DNA of 64,000 bases from Spartobacteria bacterium (GCA_003167555.1 PMSN01000029.1:122488-186487), one strand, 5' to 3'. Positions 44,576 to 53,309 are shown, counted from the first letter of the stretch. The notes: generated by a model from the letters alone, not told the origin. Program-made: numbers and translations.

Positions 44576-44735
44576 TAATGCCGTCCGGTCCGCTGGAGTA
44601 ACGGTTCCCACCAGCCGCGATTGTTCTCATACCAATCGATCGTCGTTTCGAGACCTTCTTTGAAGTTGTGGAGCGGTTTCCATTTCAACTCGCGTTGCGC
44701 GAAGGAAGAATCGATCGCATAGTGCCGGTCGTGCC
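44576..44735 (-). pseudogene. duplicated 3'-terminal fragment of rfbB
   Basis: Manual alignment with 45434-45593 gives the first 89 nt identical and about 11 mismatches over the next ~70 nt. The fragment encodes ..YAIDSSFAQRELKWKPLHNFKEGLETTIDWYENNRGWWEPLLQRTGRH, identical to the rfbB C-terminus. Confidence 0.85.
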
Positions 44736-44798
44736 CCCAGGACGAGATGAAAGACAACTCGAACTTGATTAGAAGGTAGGAATTCCTACACTGTAAGT

Positions 44799-45035
44799 AT
44801 GAATGCCGTTCTTTCTGAAAAAGGGCAGATCACCATTCCCAAACCGCTGCGCGATAAGCTCGGTCTTCTCCCAGGCGCGGTCCTCGAATTCGGCGCGGTC
44901 AATGGGAAACTGGTGGCTCGCAAACAAGTCGCACAGGACGTTTTTAAGAAATGGCGGGGACATGGCCGCTTGCCAAAGAAGATAACAGTCGACGCCTACC
45001 TGAAGAAAGCGCGCGATGCTCACGGCCGTCGATAG
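44799..45035 (+). CDS. vapB: AbrB/MazE(SpoVT)-type antitoxin
   Basis: MNAVLSEKGQITIPKPLRDKLGLLPGAVLEF is the swapped-hairpin AbrB-type motif. It overlaps the downstream PIN gene by 20 nt. Confidence 0.8.
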   Translation: MNAVLSEKGQITIPKPLRDKLGLLPGAVLEFGAVNGKLVARKQVAQDVFKKWRGHGRLPKKITVDAYLKKARDAHGRR

Positions 45036-45420
45036 CTCCGTGCTGCTCGATGTCGTGGTCGATTCACCGGCCCATGCAGACGCGTCAGAAAAGGCCCTCC
45101 GTAAGGCCGCGTCGGAAGGCGGCCTGATCATTTGTGAATGCGTGCTGGCGGAAATCCGGCCGGCCTTCTCCGATCGCGCGGCGATTGAACAATTCATGGC
45201 CGATTGGCAACTGCGATTCGTGCCTTCCGCTCCCGAGAGCGCCTTGCGGGCCGGTGAACTCTTCGGTCTCTATCTGAAACGCGGCGGCAGAGGCGGACGC
45301 GTGATTGCCGATTTCCTCATTGGCGCCCACGCGAGTTTGCACGCGGACCGCCTGCTCGCCCGCGATCGGGGATATTTGCGCGATTACTTTTCGCGACTCA
45401 AACTGCTCAGCTCTGAGTAA
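45016..45420 (+). CDS. vapC: PIN-domain ribonuclease toxin
   Basis: The N-terminal AVDSSVLLDVV carries the first acidic residue. It also has E in CVLAEI, ADFLIGAHA and a C-terminal LARDRG. Confidence 0.82.
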   Translation: MLTAVDSSVLLDVVVDSPAHADASEKALRKAASEGGLIICECVLAEIRPAFSDRAAIEQFMADWQLRFVPSAPESALRAGELFGLYLKRGGRGGRVIADFLIGAHASLHADRLLARDRGYLRDYFSRLKLLSSE

Positions 45421-45432
45421 GTCCTTTGCTTG

Positions 45433-46422
45433 TTAATGCCGTCCGGTCCGCTGGAGTAACGGTTCCCACCAGCCGCGATTGTTCTCATACCAATCGATCG
45501 TCGTTTCGAGACCTTCTTTGAAATTGTGGAGCGGTTTCCACTTCAGTTCGCGTTGCGCGAAACTGGAATCGATCGCATAACGGCGGTCGTGACCGAGCCG
45601 GTCGGTCACGAAGGAAATCAAGCTCTCGGGTTTCCCGAGCTTTTGCAGGATCAGCTTCACGGTCTCGATGTTCGGCATCTCGCTGTCGCCGCCGAAATTA
45701 TAAACGCTGCCGGGTTTCCCCTCGAAGAGCGCGGCCACGATCCCGGCGCAATGGTCCTCGACATGAATCCAATCGCGCACGTTCTTGCCATCGCCGTAAA
45801 CCGGGAGCGAGTCGTCCCGCATCGCGTTGATGATCATGAGCGGGATCAATTTCTCGGGGAATTGATACGGGCCGTAGTTGTTCGAGCAGCGGGTCACGAT
45901 CACTTCCTGGCCAAAGGTCTTGTGGCAGGCCAGCGCCACCAGATCGGCGCCGGCTTTGCTCGCGGAATAAGGCGAGCTCGGCTCGAGCGGCGATTGCTCG
46001 GTGAACTTCCCGGTTTCGCCTAAGGACCCATAAACTTCGTCGGTCGAGATCTGGAGGAAACGCTGGACGCCGTGGCGCCGGGCGCAATCGAGGAGCACGC
46101 TCGTGCCGACGATGTTGGTGTGAATGAAATTTTGCGGATCGTTGATACTGCGGTCGACATGCGATTCGGCGGCGAAGTTGATCACGGCGTAGAACGAATG
46201 CTCGGTCATGAGCGCGTCCATCTGGTCGGCATTCGCGATATCGGCTTTGAAAAATTCGTAGCGCTCGCCATGTTCCTCCGCGACGCCGTCCAGGTTCGCG
46301 AGGTTCCCGGCATACGTGAGCACATCGACATTGCTCACCGAAGCCGGCTTGTAATGTTGCAAAATATACCGAATAAAGTTGCTCCCGATGAAACCACAGC
46401 CACCGGTCACGAGAATGCGCAT
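45433..46422 (-). CDS. rfbB: dTDP-glucose 4,6-dehydratase
   Basis: ATG at 46422 gives MRILVTGGCGFIGSNFIRY. Further motifs are HFAAESHVDRS-like (INFAAESHVDRSI), YSASKAGADL and SNNYGPYQFPEKLIPL. The upstream in-frame extension to 46611 is Arg/Pro-rich and overlaps the divergent gene. Confidence 0.93.
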   Translation of the reverse strand: MRILVTGGCGFIGSNFIRYILQHYKPASVSNVDVLTYAGNLANLDGVAEEHGERYEFFKADIANADQMDALMTEHSFYAVINFAAESHVDRSINDPQNFIHTNIVGTSVLLDCARRHGVQRFLQISTDEVYGSLGETGKFTEQSPLEPSSPYSASKAGADLVALACHKTFGQEVIVTRCSNNYGPYQFPEKLIPLMIINAMRDDSLPVYGDGKNVRDWIHVEDHCAGIVAALFEGKPGSVYNFGGDSEMPNIETVKLILQKLGKPESLISFVTDRLGHDRRYAIDSSFAQRELKWKPLHNFKEGLETTIDWYENNRGWWEPLLQRTGRH

Positions 46423-46516
46423 CGCCCCGCCTACTAGCAGCGGAGCGCAAGCCGCGCCAGCTGTTTTTCCCGCGGGCGGTGCGGGTTTCGATGGCCTGCT
46501 CCAGCGGGCCCGGGAA

Positions 46517-48004
46517 GTGGATTGGACGCCGTGGGCCATCGTCGCTCTCGGCGCGTTGCTCCGTCTGCTCCTGCTCGGAATAAAACCGCCGCACTTCGAC
46601 GAAGGGATCAACGGCTGGTTCGTCGATCAGATGGTCAAGAGCGGCTTCTACCGCTACGACCCGACGAACTATCACGGGCCGCTTCATTTCTACATCCTCT
46701 TTCTTTTCCAGACGCTTCTCGGACGAAACGTCTGGGCCATTCGTTTGCCGGTGGTGCTCGCGAGCATTTTCTCGATTCATCTCACGCTGAAATTCGAGCC
46801 GTTCGTCGGCCGCAACATCAGCCGGCTGGCCGCGCTCGCCATGGCGGTCTCGCCCGGTTTTGTTTTTTACGGACGCTATGCCATCCACGAAGTCTGGCTG
46901 CTGCTCTTCTCGCTCCTGTTCATCCTCGGGCTGCTTGGGCTTTGGCAGCGCGGCACGGTCAAGTATCTCTGGTTCGCCGGGATGGGGTTGGCCGGCATGA
47001 TCCTGACCAAGGAGACCTATATCATCCATCTCGGCTGCGCGGTGATCGCCGCGCTCGTGACCTGGATTTCGCACAGGATGAATCCTCTCACGGACGCAAA
47101 GCCCGCCCGGCAAACCTGGACCTTTGTCGATTTTGCCATGGTCGCGCTGGCCGCGGCCGCGGCGATTGTTTTCTTTTACTCAGGGACCTTCCTCAATTGG
47201 GACGGGGTGAAAGGTCTCTACGAGACCTTCGATGCCTGGTTCAAGACGGGCAGCAACGGCAATGGTCACGAGAAAGATTGGTATTACTGGCTCATGCTCA
47301 TCGCCACCTATGAACATCCAATAGCGCTGGGCCTGATCGTCTGTCTCTTCGCTCTCTTCATCAAGAACCTCGGCTTGCGTTACCTCGCCATCTACGGCGT
47401 CGGAGTGCTGATCGCTTATAGCATCGTGAGGTATAAGACGCCGTGGTGCATTATCAGCATTATCTGGCCGTTTCTCTTCCTTTTCGGCGCCGTCCTGCTG
47501 GTCGTTCCTCTTGGCTACCGCCGAATTGCTTATGCCTGCGCCGGGATTTTCCTCTGCGCTTCTCTCGGCTTCAGCATCCGGCTAAACTATTTCCGGTGCA
47601 CCACGGATACCGAGCCCTACGTTTACGTCCAGACTTACAATGACGTCTGGAAGTTAACAAAGCCACTGTTGCGCCTGGCCAAGCGCAATCCTACCTACTA
47701 CCAAATGGTCGGGCACTTGATCCGCACCAGCACCTACCCCCTGCCCTGGATGCTCGGTGACTTTACCCGGATAGGTTACTACGAACATGACAACATGCCC
47801 GACAAGCTCGACGCCGATTTCCTCCTCGTGCAACAGGACAAGATCGAGGAGGTCGAAGGCAAGCTGCACGATTCCTACTACACGGAGCCGATGACCATTC
47901 GGCCTTACCAGGACCCGTCCAAGCTTTACCTGAGCGCCAAGATTTTCTCGAACTTCTTCCCCGGCCGCGTGCCCGACTTTACCGGCAAGGCGGCCAAACC
48001 ATGA
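46517..48004 (+). CDS. polytopic GT-C-like membrane glycosyltransferase candidate (TIGR03663-like)
   Basis: LRLLLLGIKPPHFDEGINGWFVDQMVKSGFYRYDPTNYHGPLHFYILFLF matches my recollection of the TIGR03663/ArnT-PMT-like family, and there are more than 10 hydrophobic helices. The start is uncertain: GTG at 46517 was chosen because earlier in-frame starts overlap rfbB. Confidence 0.6.
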   Translation: MDWTPWAIVALGALLRLLLLGIKPPHFDEGINGWFVDQMVKSGFYRYDPTNYHGPLHFYILFLFQTLLGRNVWAIRLPVVLASIFSIHLTLKFEPFVGRNISRLAALAMAVSPGFVFYGRYAIHEVWLLLFSLLFILGLLGLWQRGTVKYLWFAGMGLAGMILTKETYIIHLGCAVIAALVTWISHRMNPLTDAKPARQTWTFVDFAMVALAAAAAIVFFYSGTFLNWDGVKGLYETFDAWFKTGSNGNGHEKDWYYWLMLIATYEHPIALGLIVCLFALFIKNLGLRYLAIYGVGVLIAYSIVRYKTPWCIISIIWPFLFLFGAVLLVVPLGYRRIAYACAGIFLCASLGFSIRLNYFRCTTDTEPYVYVQTYNDVWKLTKPLLRLAKRNPTYYQMVGHLIRTSTYPLPWMLGDFTRIGYYEHDNMPDKLDADFLLVQQDKIEEVEGKLHDSYYTEPMTIRPYQDPSKLYLSAKIFSNFFPGRVPDFTGKAAKP

Positions 48005-50019
48005 AGTGGCTCTCGGCCGGCCTGGCTTTCGTTAACGCAGCGACCGTCTCCGGGCTCCTTCTCGGAATCATTGGCCACGGCTTGAATAAGACGACCGCGG
48101 CGTGTGCGGTTTTGGCGGGTTTTGTTATGGCGATCTTTGCGTATCGGCAAACCCAGGCGACAACAGGGCCGGTGAAAACCGTGACGGATGAAGGTAATGC
48201 CATAACCAAGTCCTTTCGCCGCTACCGATCCATCTGGCTCTGGCTCATGGTCGCGGTCTTCGCCATCTTTGCCGTGCGCTCCTTCTGTTGGCTGGTTTTT
48301 CTCGACGGCAATGAGATCAAGGTTCAGTCACCTAACAATCTGGGTGACCTGTCGCTGCACCTGACCTACATCAAGAACTTCGCCAGCGGTGTGCCCCTCT
48401 GGCCGGATAACCCCATCTATATCTTTAGCCACACGAGGTATCCGGCCGGGACGGATTTGTTCAATGGCCTCCTGACATTGCTAGGTCTCGATGTTACTCG
48501 CGGGCTTGTCTGGACCGGGTTGTTGGCTTCAGCGGCGACATGCTATGCCCTTTATCGCTGGGCTGGAAGTTTCGGTATTGCCGCTTTCCTTTTCAACGGC
48601 GGTGTCGCGGGCATTCAGGTGCTGAAGAAGTTCCCTTTTCAGGATTTTTTCGAAGCCTTCGAGGAGATGCTGCGGGCGCTGCAGAAGTTCGCCTTTCAGG
48701 ATTTTTTCGAAGCCTTCGAGCACATGCTGCGGGTGCTGCAGACGTTGAGCTTTCAGGATTACCAGGGAGTCAATACCATCGCCTGGAAAAGCATTCCGCT
48801 CGCCTTGTTCGTTACCCAGCGCGGCTGGCTCTACGCCTTGCCCGTGGGGTTACTCCTTCTTTATCACTGGCGCGAGAAGTATCTTCGTTCCGATCAAGCA
48901 GCGGCGGTTTCCAAACCGGCGAGCGCGGTTGAGACAAAAGCCGGCGATTTGGAAATCGCCGCTCCTTCGAAGCACGCTCCCCTCCCGTTTTGGCTGGAGC
49001 TGGCTTTCTACGCTTCGATGCCACTTTTTCACCTTCATACTTTCATCGCGCTTAGCATCGTGCTGGCGTGCCTGTTCTTTTTCGGAAACTGGAATGCCGG
49101 CAAGAAATTACTTCTTCTGGTTAGCGCCGCGGTTCTTCCCGCGACTTTTCTGGTCTGGCTGATCACGGACCACTTCCATGCCAGCTCAGTCATGCACTGG
49201 AACCCTGGCTGGGTGAACCGGCCGGGCAGCGACATGGCCATGCAGTTTCCCTACTTCTGGCTCATGAATTTTGGAGGGTGGGTCCCGTTGATTATTTTCT
49301 TCCTTGGCATAACCGCTTGGAAAATAGGAAACGCCTGGGGCGCGTCGGATTTCAAGATGCCACCGGGGATTGCCTTCGTCGCCGGAGCCATCGCCATCTT
49401 CCTACTCGGATATCTGGTCAAGATGGCGCCATGGGAATGGGACAACATCAAGATCATCGTCTGGGCTTACTTCATCATCCTTCCTTTCCTCTGGAAGGAT
49501 CTGATTGCGCATTGGCCGATGGCTTTGCGGGCCGTAGTGTGCGTGGTTCTTTTCGCATCGGGATTCATCACACTCTTCGGTGGTCTTACTGCTAACAAGG
49601 TTGGGTTCGGTCTGGCCGACCGCGCGGAACTGGATGTGGTGGGAATGGCCGTGCGCAAGCTGCCACCCGAGGCACGGTTTGCCGCTTTCCCGACTTACAA
49701 TCATCCGCTGCTCCTCCAAGGGCGCAAGGTAGTTCTGGGTTATCCGGGCCATCTTTGGACACAGGGTTTCGATTACGGCCCAGCGTTCGATAAGCTTCGG
49801 ACCTTGATGGAGGGCGCGCCGGATTGGAAGCAAACCGCGCATTATTTCCAGGCGCGCTATTTGTTTTGGGGCCGGGAAGAAAAGATGAATTACCCGCTCA
49901 GCAAACGGCCATGGGAGCACGCTTCAAAATTGATCGCGTCCGGTAGTTGGGGCGCCATCTACGATCTCGAGTCGCCCAGCGAAGAGACCTCGCGGCCGCG
50001 TTCCGACCAAAGCCCATAG
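48001..50019 (+). CDS. polytopic membrane protein of unknown function, translationally coupled to the previous gene
   Basis: ATGA overlap at 48001-48004. The 672-aa product has many hydrophobic helices. It contains an in-frame 57-nt tandem repeat (KFPFQDFFEAFEEMLRALQ / KFAFQDFFEAFEHMLRVLQ). Confidence 0.6.
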   Translation: MKWLSAGLAFVNAATVSGLLLGIIGHGLNKTTAACAVLAGFVMAIFAYRQTQATTGPVKTVTDEGNAITKSFRRYRSIWLWLMVAVFAIFAVRSFCWLVFLDGNEIKVQSPNNLGDLSLHLTYIKNFASGVPLWPDNPIYIFSHTRYPAGTDLFNGLLTLLGLDVTRGLVWTGLLASAATCYALYRWAGSFGIAAFLFNGGVAGIQVLKKFPFQDFFEAFEEMLRALQKFAFQDFFEAFEHMLRVLQTLSFQDYQGVNTIAWKSIPLALFVTQRGWLYALPVGLLLLYHWREKYLRSDQAAAVSKPASAVETKAGDLEIAAPSKHAPLPFWLELAFYASMPLFHLHTFIALSIVLACLFFFGNWNAGKKLLLLVSAAVLPATFLVWLITDHFHASSVMHWNPGWVNRPGSDMAMQFPYFWLMNFGGWVPLIIFFLGITAWKIGNAWGASDFKMPPGIAFVAGAIAIFLLGYLVKMAPWEWDNIKIIVWAYFIILPFLWKDLIAHWPMALRAVVCVVLFASGFITLFGGLTANKVGFGLADRAELDVVGMAVRKLPPEARFAAFPTYNHPLLLQGRKVVLGYPGHLWTQGFDYGPAFDKLRTLMEGAPDWKQTAHYFQARYLFWGREEKMNYPLSKRPWEHASKLIASGSWGAIYDLESPSEETSRPRSDQSP

Positions 50020-50020
50020 T

Positions 50021-50833
50021 TCACTCCGCAGCCACGATTCCGCGCTGCGGCTGCGCGACCAATTCCTTTTCCGCAGGGGCAAGATCGAAAGCCGCCGCTC
50101 GGTGAAAACGCATCCGCGCCCGGACACCGGCGGCCAGAATCCGGCAGCCTATCGTGAAAGTTCGCCGCCAGGTCACGCCCGAAACTTTCTGCCGCCCGGC
50201 CAGCCGCGGACGTTCGCTCGCGGGCACTTCGCAAATCGCGGCGCCCAATCTTACCGCCGCGATCTGGGGCTCGATCGTCCAGCCAAACTTTTTTTCCTTC
50301 GGCGCGATCGCTTCGAATAATCCGCGCTCGATCAAACGGAGCGGCGCGAGATCCGTGAACCCGCGGCCGGTCAGAAGACCGCACCAAAGCGCGAGCGCGA
50401 AATTGGCAACGACATGCGAGAACCTCATCGCGCGCCAATTGCTCAGTTGCCCGGTGCGCGCGCCCAGAACAAACGCATAACCCTGCTCGTAGGCATCCAC
50501 GAGCTTGCGCACATCGTGCGGATCGCTCGCGCCGTCGCCCGCAAAGAAAATGTAGGCCCGCACACTCGGCAGCGTGGCCGTGACGAAATCGATCGCGCGC
50601 TGACAGCCGTAGCCGTAGCCGCGCTCCGGAGTTTCGGCCACGAGAGCCGAGTGGAGACGCGCCACTTGCGCCGTCTTATCCGACGATCCGTTCACGCCGA
50701 CGACGATCACGAATTTCTGTGGATCGAGCGTCGCGGAAAGCTCGTCGAGCACGCGTCCGATGCACGCTTCTTCGTCACAAGCCGGAATGATAACGGCGAA
50801 CGCAGGCCGGAATGTCGGAGACGTTATTTCCAC
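50021..50833 (-). CDS. family 2 glycosyltransferase
   Basis: FAVIIPACDEEACIGRVLDEL...VVGVNGSSDKTAQVA...IFFAGDGASDP shows the GT2 N-terminal nucleotide-binding fold with a DxD-like motif. Confidence 0.72.
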   Translation of the reverse strand: MEITSPTFRPAFAVIIPACDEEACIGRVLDELSATLDPQKFVIVVGVNGSSDKTAQVARLHSALVAETPERGYGYGCQRAIDFVTATLPSVRAYIFFAGDGASDPHDVRKLVDAYEQGYAFVLGARTGQLSNWRAMRFSHVVANFALALWCGLLTGRGFTDLAPLRLIERGLFEAIAPKEKKFGWTIEPQIAAVRLGAAICEVPASERPRLAGRQKVSGVTWRRTFTIGCRILAAGVRARMRFHRAAAFDLAPAEKELVAQPQRGIVAAE

Positions 50834-50845
50834 GATTTTGAAAGG

Positions 50846-51325
50846 TTATTTTTCTCCTTCACCCGCCGACGTCGTTGCCACGCTCAAGACGAGCTGCCCT
50901 TCCGCGACCCGCACGCCCTTCACGCTGGCTTCGACCTTAAATTGCACCAAGTCACCGACCTGCGCTAATTTTTCAGCCCGAAGATCGATCTGTTCTTCCG
51001 GCCGGACCGCGCGAAGAAACTTCATGGTCCGGATTGCGGAAAGAAGAAAGAGCGGCTTCGCGTCTTTCGGGTAACCGGAGGCCGCGGCGATGCCAGCCGC
51101 TTGAGCAAGCGCTTCCGTGAGAATCACGCCGGGCACCAGAGGATTATCCGGAAAATGTCCGGCGAACATGGGATCGTTCGCAGCAAAAGATGTCGCTGCC
51201 TCCGCGGAAATTCCCGGCTCGCATTTGATCAGCTCGCGCACGAAGACAAACGGCGGGCGATGCGGCAAACCGAGGAAGGGCAGCGAAGATTGAGAATCGA
51301 GAATGGAGGACGGCGGCACTTTCAA
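50846..51325 (-). CDS. FabA/FabZ-like hotdog-fold dehydratase
   Basis: LPHRPPFVFVREL...FAANDPMFAGHFPDNPLVPGVILTEALAQAAG is the FabZ active-site region (H in GHFP, E in TEALAQ). Confidence 0.7.
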   Translation of the reverse strand: MKVPPSSILDSQSSLPFLGLPHRPPFVFVRELIKCEPGISAEAATSFAANDPMFAGHFPDNPLVPGVILTEALAQAAGIAAASGYPKDAKPLFLLSAIRTMKFLRAVRPEEQIDLRAEKLAQVGDLVQFKVEASVKGVRVAEGQLVLSVATTSAGEGEK

Positions 51326-51362
51326 AAAATCTATCCTCTATCCTCCATCCTCGCCCCGCTCC

Positions 51363-51824
51363 TCATCCATTGACGAAGTAGACGAACTTCCAACTCCCAC
51401 TCACGCGCCGGATGCCCACGCGATACCCCGTGTAGTTGAGCGATTCATCGGCGAACTGCGGCGGCGCGACCCAGTACTCGCCCTTCTTCGCAAAACGCTC
51501 CGTCAGGATCGCATCCAGCTCCGTCCAGAGCCCATTTTCATCCCAGTATTTGAATACTCCGTCGCCTGATTTGTCCGGATTGAGGCTGTATCCGAAATTT
51601 TCCGTCATCATGGAAGCGAGCGTGCTGGCATCGTGCGCGGCCACCGCTTTTTTCAGCCGGCCCAAGAACGCCTGAAAATCGACGTCCGAGTTTTCGTCCC
51701 GCAGTTTCGCGTCGGCGCGCTTGTTGACGGCGGGCTTTTTGTCCTTCGAATTTTTGGACTGGAACATGCCGCAACCGCCGAGAGCGAGCGCGGACACAAG
51801 AAAGAAGAAGAAGATTTTTTTCAT
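51363..51824 (-). CDS. hypothetical lipoprotein
   Basis: MKKIFFFFLVSALALGGCG contains the lipobox L-G-G-C. I recognise no family for the remainder. Confidence 0.6.
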   Translation of the reverse strand: MKKIFFFFLVSALALGGCGMFQSKNSKDKKPAVNKRADAKLRDENSDVDFQAFLGRLKKAVAAHDASTLASMMTENFGYSLNPDKSGDGVFKYWDENGLWTELDAILTERFAKKGEYWVAPPQFADESLNYTGYRVGIRRVSGSWKFVYFVNG

Positions 51825-51895
51825 GTCAGATCATCTTCTGTCACGTTTGCTCTTCAGACTCAAGAAGCGAAGCGAGGATGGTGATCTCGCCTTTT

Positions 51896-52627
51896 CTATC
51901 TTCGATCCTCCATCCTCCATCCTCGCTTCCTCATTCGCCACGGGTGTATCACGAAGACAAAATAAATCGTGCTCACCAGATCGATGAAACTGCACGGCGG
52001 GCTCGTCAACCGGAGCGGTCCCTCCCGGAGCGCGGCCACGACATTCGCGATTGTCAGCTCGGCCGGGCGCGGGATACTGGTGTAATGGGAGCCGAAAGCG
52101 TGGAGCTGGTGCGCATCGGAGGTCGCGATGAGCGGCTTCTTGAATTCAGCCGCGATGGCCGCCGCGCGCCGATTCGGATTAATGAGGCGGCTCCAGAAAT
52201 GGCAGAGCTCGATCGCGTCGAAACAATGGATTTTTTCCACGAGCTTGCCGCCCATCGAACCGCCGAGCAGATAGAATGGGTGCGGCGCGATCGTGAACAA
52301 AGACTGGCCGCGGCGTGCGCGCAGCCTTTCGAGATCGTCAAAATTCCGCAGCGCTGCGATGTCTTCCGCCGCGACGTTGAGCAGAATGACATCCGCGCCT
52401 TCGAGGCGCATCTCCGCGGCGGGGATGAGAAGAATTCCCATCCTGGCCGCATCCGCGAAAACTTCCGCGCGATCGAAGAGCGCGTCGTGCAATGTAATCG
52501 CGAGCACACGAAAGCCGAGTGAGCGCGCCCGTTCGAGCAGTTGGTGCGCCGAGTAATCGAGGGCGTCCTTGGGATCGTCGAGGGTGTGGATATGGAGATC
52601 GAGCTTGATCCAATCGTCATCGCCCAT
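51896..52627 (-). CDS. PHP-domain metal-dependent phosphoesterase
   Basis: IKLDLHIHTLDDPKD...LAITLHD...TSDAHQLHAFG shows the PHP His/Asp motifs. The last ~12 codons are encoded by an intergenic-type repeat (ggatggagg units). Confidence 0.7.
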   Translation of the reverse strand: MGDDDWIKLDLHIHTLDDPKDALDYSAHQLLERARSLGFRVLAITLHDALFDRAEVFADAARMGILLIPAAEMRLEGADVILLNVAAEDIAALRNFDDLERLRARRGQSLFTIAPHPFYLLGGSMGGKLVEKIHCFDAIELCHFWSRLINPNRRAAAIAAEFKKPLIATSDAHQLHAFGSHYTSIPRPAELTIANVVAALREGPLRLTSPPCSFIDLVSTIYFVFVIHPWRMRKRGWRMEDRR

Positions 52628-52721
52628 GTTGAGGAGAGCCTACATCCGCCATTCTCAATCCTCTATCTTCGACTTCTGCCTTCTTGCTTTCCTGCGTTCC
52701 TGATTAAATTGGCAGACGCGC

Positions 52722-52802
52722 GCTCGGGTGGTGAAATGGCAGACACGTACGTTTGAGGGGCGTATGCCGCAAGGCATGGGGGTTCAAGTCCCCCCCCGAG
52801 CA
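52722..52802 (+). tRNA. tRNA-Leu (anticodon GAG)
   Basis: Hand-folded. The acceptor stem GCTCGGG/CCCGAGC has 7 of 7 pairs. The D arm is GTG-AAATGGCAGA-CAC. The anticodon stem TACGT/GCGTA carries the loop TTGAGGG, giving anticodon GAG with G37. There is a long variable arm TGCCGCAAGGCAT, a T arm GGGGG-TTCAAGT-CCCCC, and discriminator A. CCA is not encoded. Confidence 0.9.
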
Positions 52803-52841
52803 TTCCCCCCCAATCCTCCTCTTCCTCTTCCGCTGCTCATC

Positions 52842-52860
52842 CTCAAGTCCCCCCCGAGCA
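52842..52860 (+). repeat. direct repeat of the tRNA-Leu 3' end (att-like scar)
   Basis: ctcaagtcccccccgagca at 52842-52860 compares with ttcaagtccccccccgagca at 52783-52802. There is one substitution and one C fewer. Confidence 0.6.
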
Positions 52861-53132
52861 CTCCGCCGCTGCGCGGCGGAACGTCCAACCCGCCTTCGCC
52901 TGGGACGGGCTACGCCGTGGCGAGCGCCCAACGTCCAACCCGCTGTAGCCGCCCCGCTGTGTCGGGGCGTCGTGGCGCGAGAGATCACGGCGACTGAGCG
53001 CCGTGGCTACAGCTGCCGAAGGTGGATCGAGCGCTCCGCGCTCGATGCCAATAACTGGGCGGCGAAGCCGTAACTGTTTTAAGATCGTGCGGCGGAGCGC
53101 CCGATCCACCCCAAAACAACGAGGCCCGGAAT

Positions 53133-53309
53133 TCAATCGCCGCGCTCCAGCGCCGGCCTCGACTGGCTGAAAGAGGCGGCGGCGGTGCGGTTTTCCACGC
53201 CCAGTTTCACGAACATGCGCTCCAGACATTTCTTCACCGTGCACAATTTCATCTGCTCGAGCGCGGCGATTTCTTCGTTCGTCTTGCCGTAGCGCACCCA
53301 ATGCAGCAC
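53133..53309 (-). pseudogene. LuxR/GerE-type HTH fragment (truncated regulator or very small standalone HTH)
   Basis: The minus-strand frame reads ..AVLHWVRYGKTNEEIAALEQMKLCTVKKCLERMFVKLGVENRTAAASF..stop (stop at 53133-53135). The frame is open only back to a TAG at 53367-53369. It has no ATG; the only plausible start is GTG at 53309. No receiver or ligand domain is present. Confidence 0.4.

Noticed and set aside
45698-47113. 471-aa minus-strand ORF spanning rfbB and the GT-C-like gene.
   Set aside because: It is out of frame with rfbB and antisense to the membrane-protein gene. Its composition is extremely Arg/Glu/Pro-rich with no recognisable motifs.
52843-53301. 152-aa minus-strand ORF downstream of tRNA-Leu.
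   Set aside because: The translation is Arg-rich and low-complexity. A different frame on the same strand gives a clean LuxR-type HTH, which I consider the real (though truncated) coding remnant.
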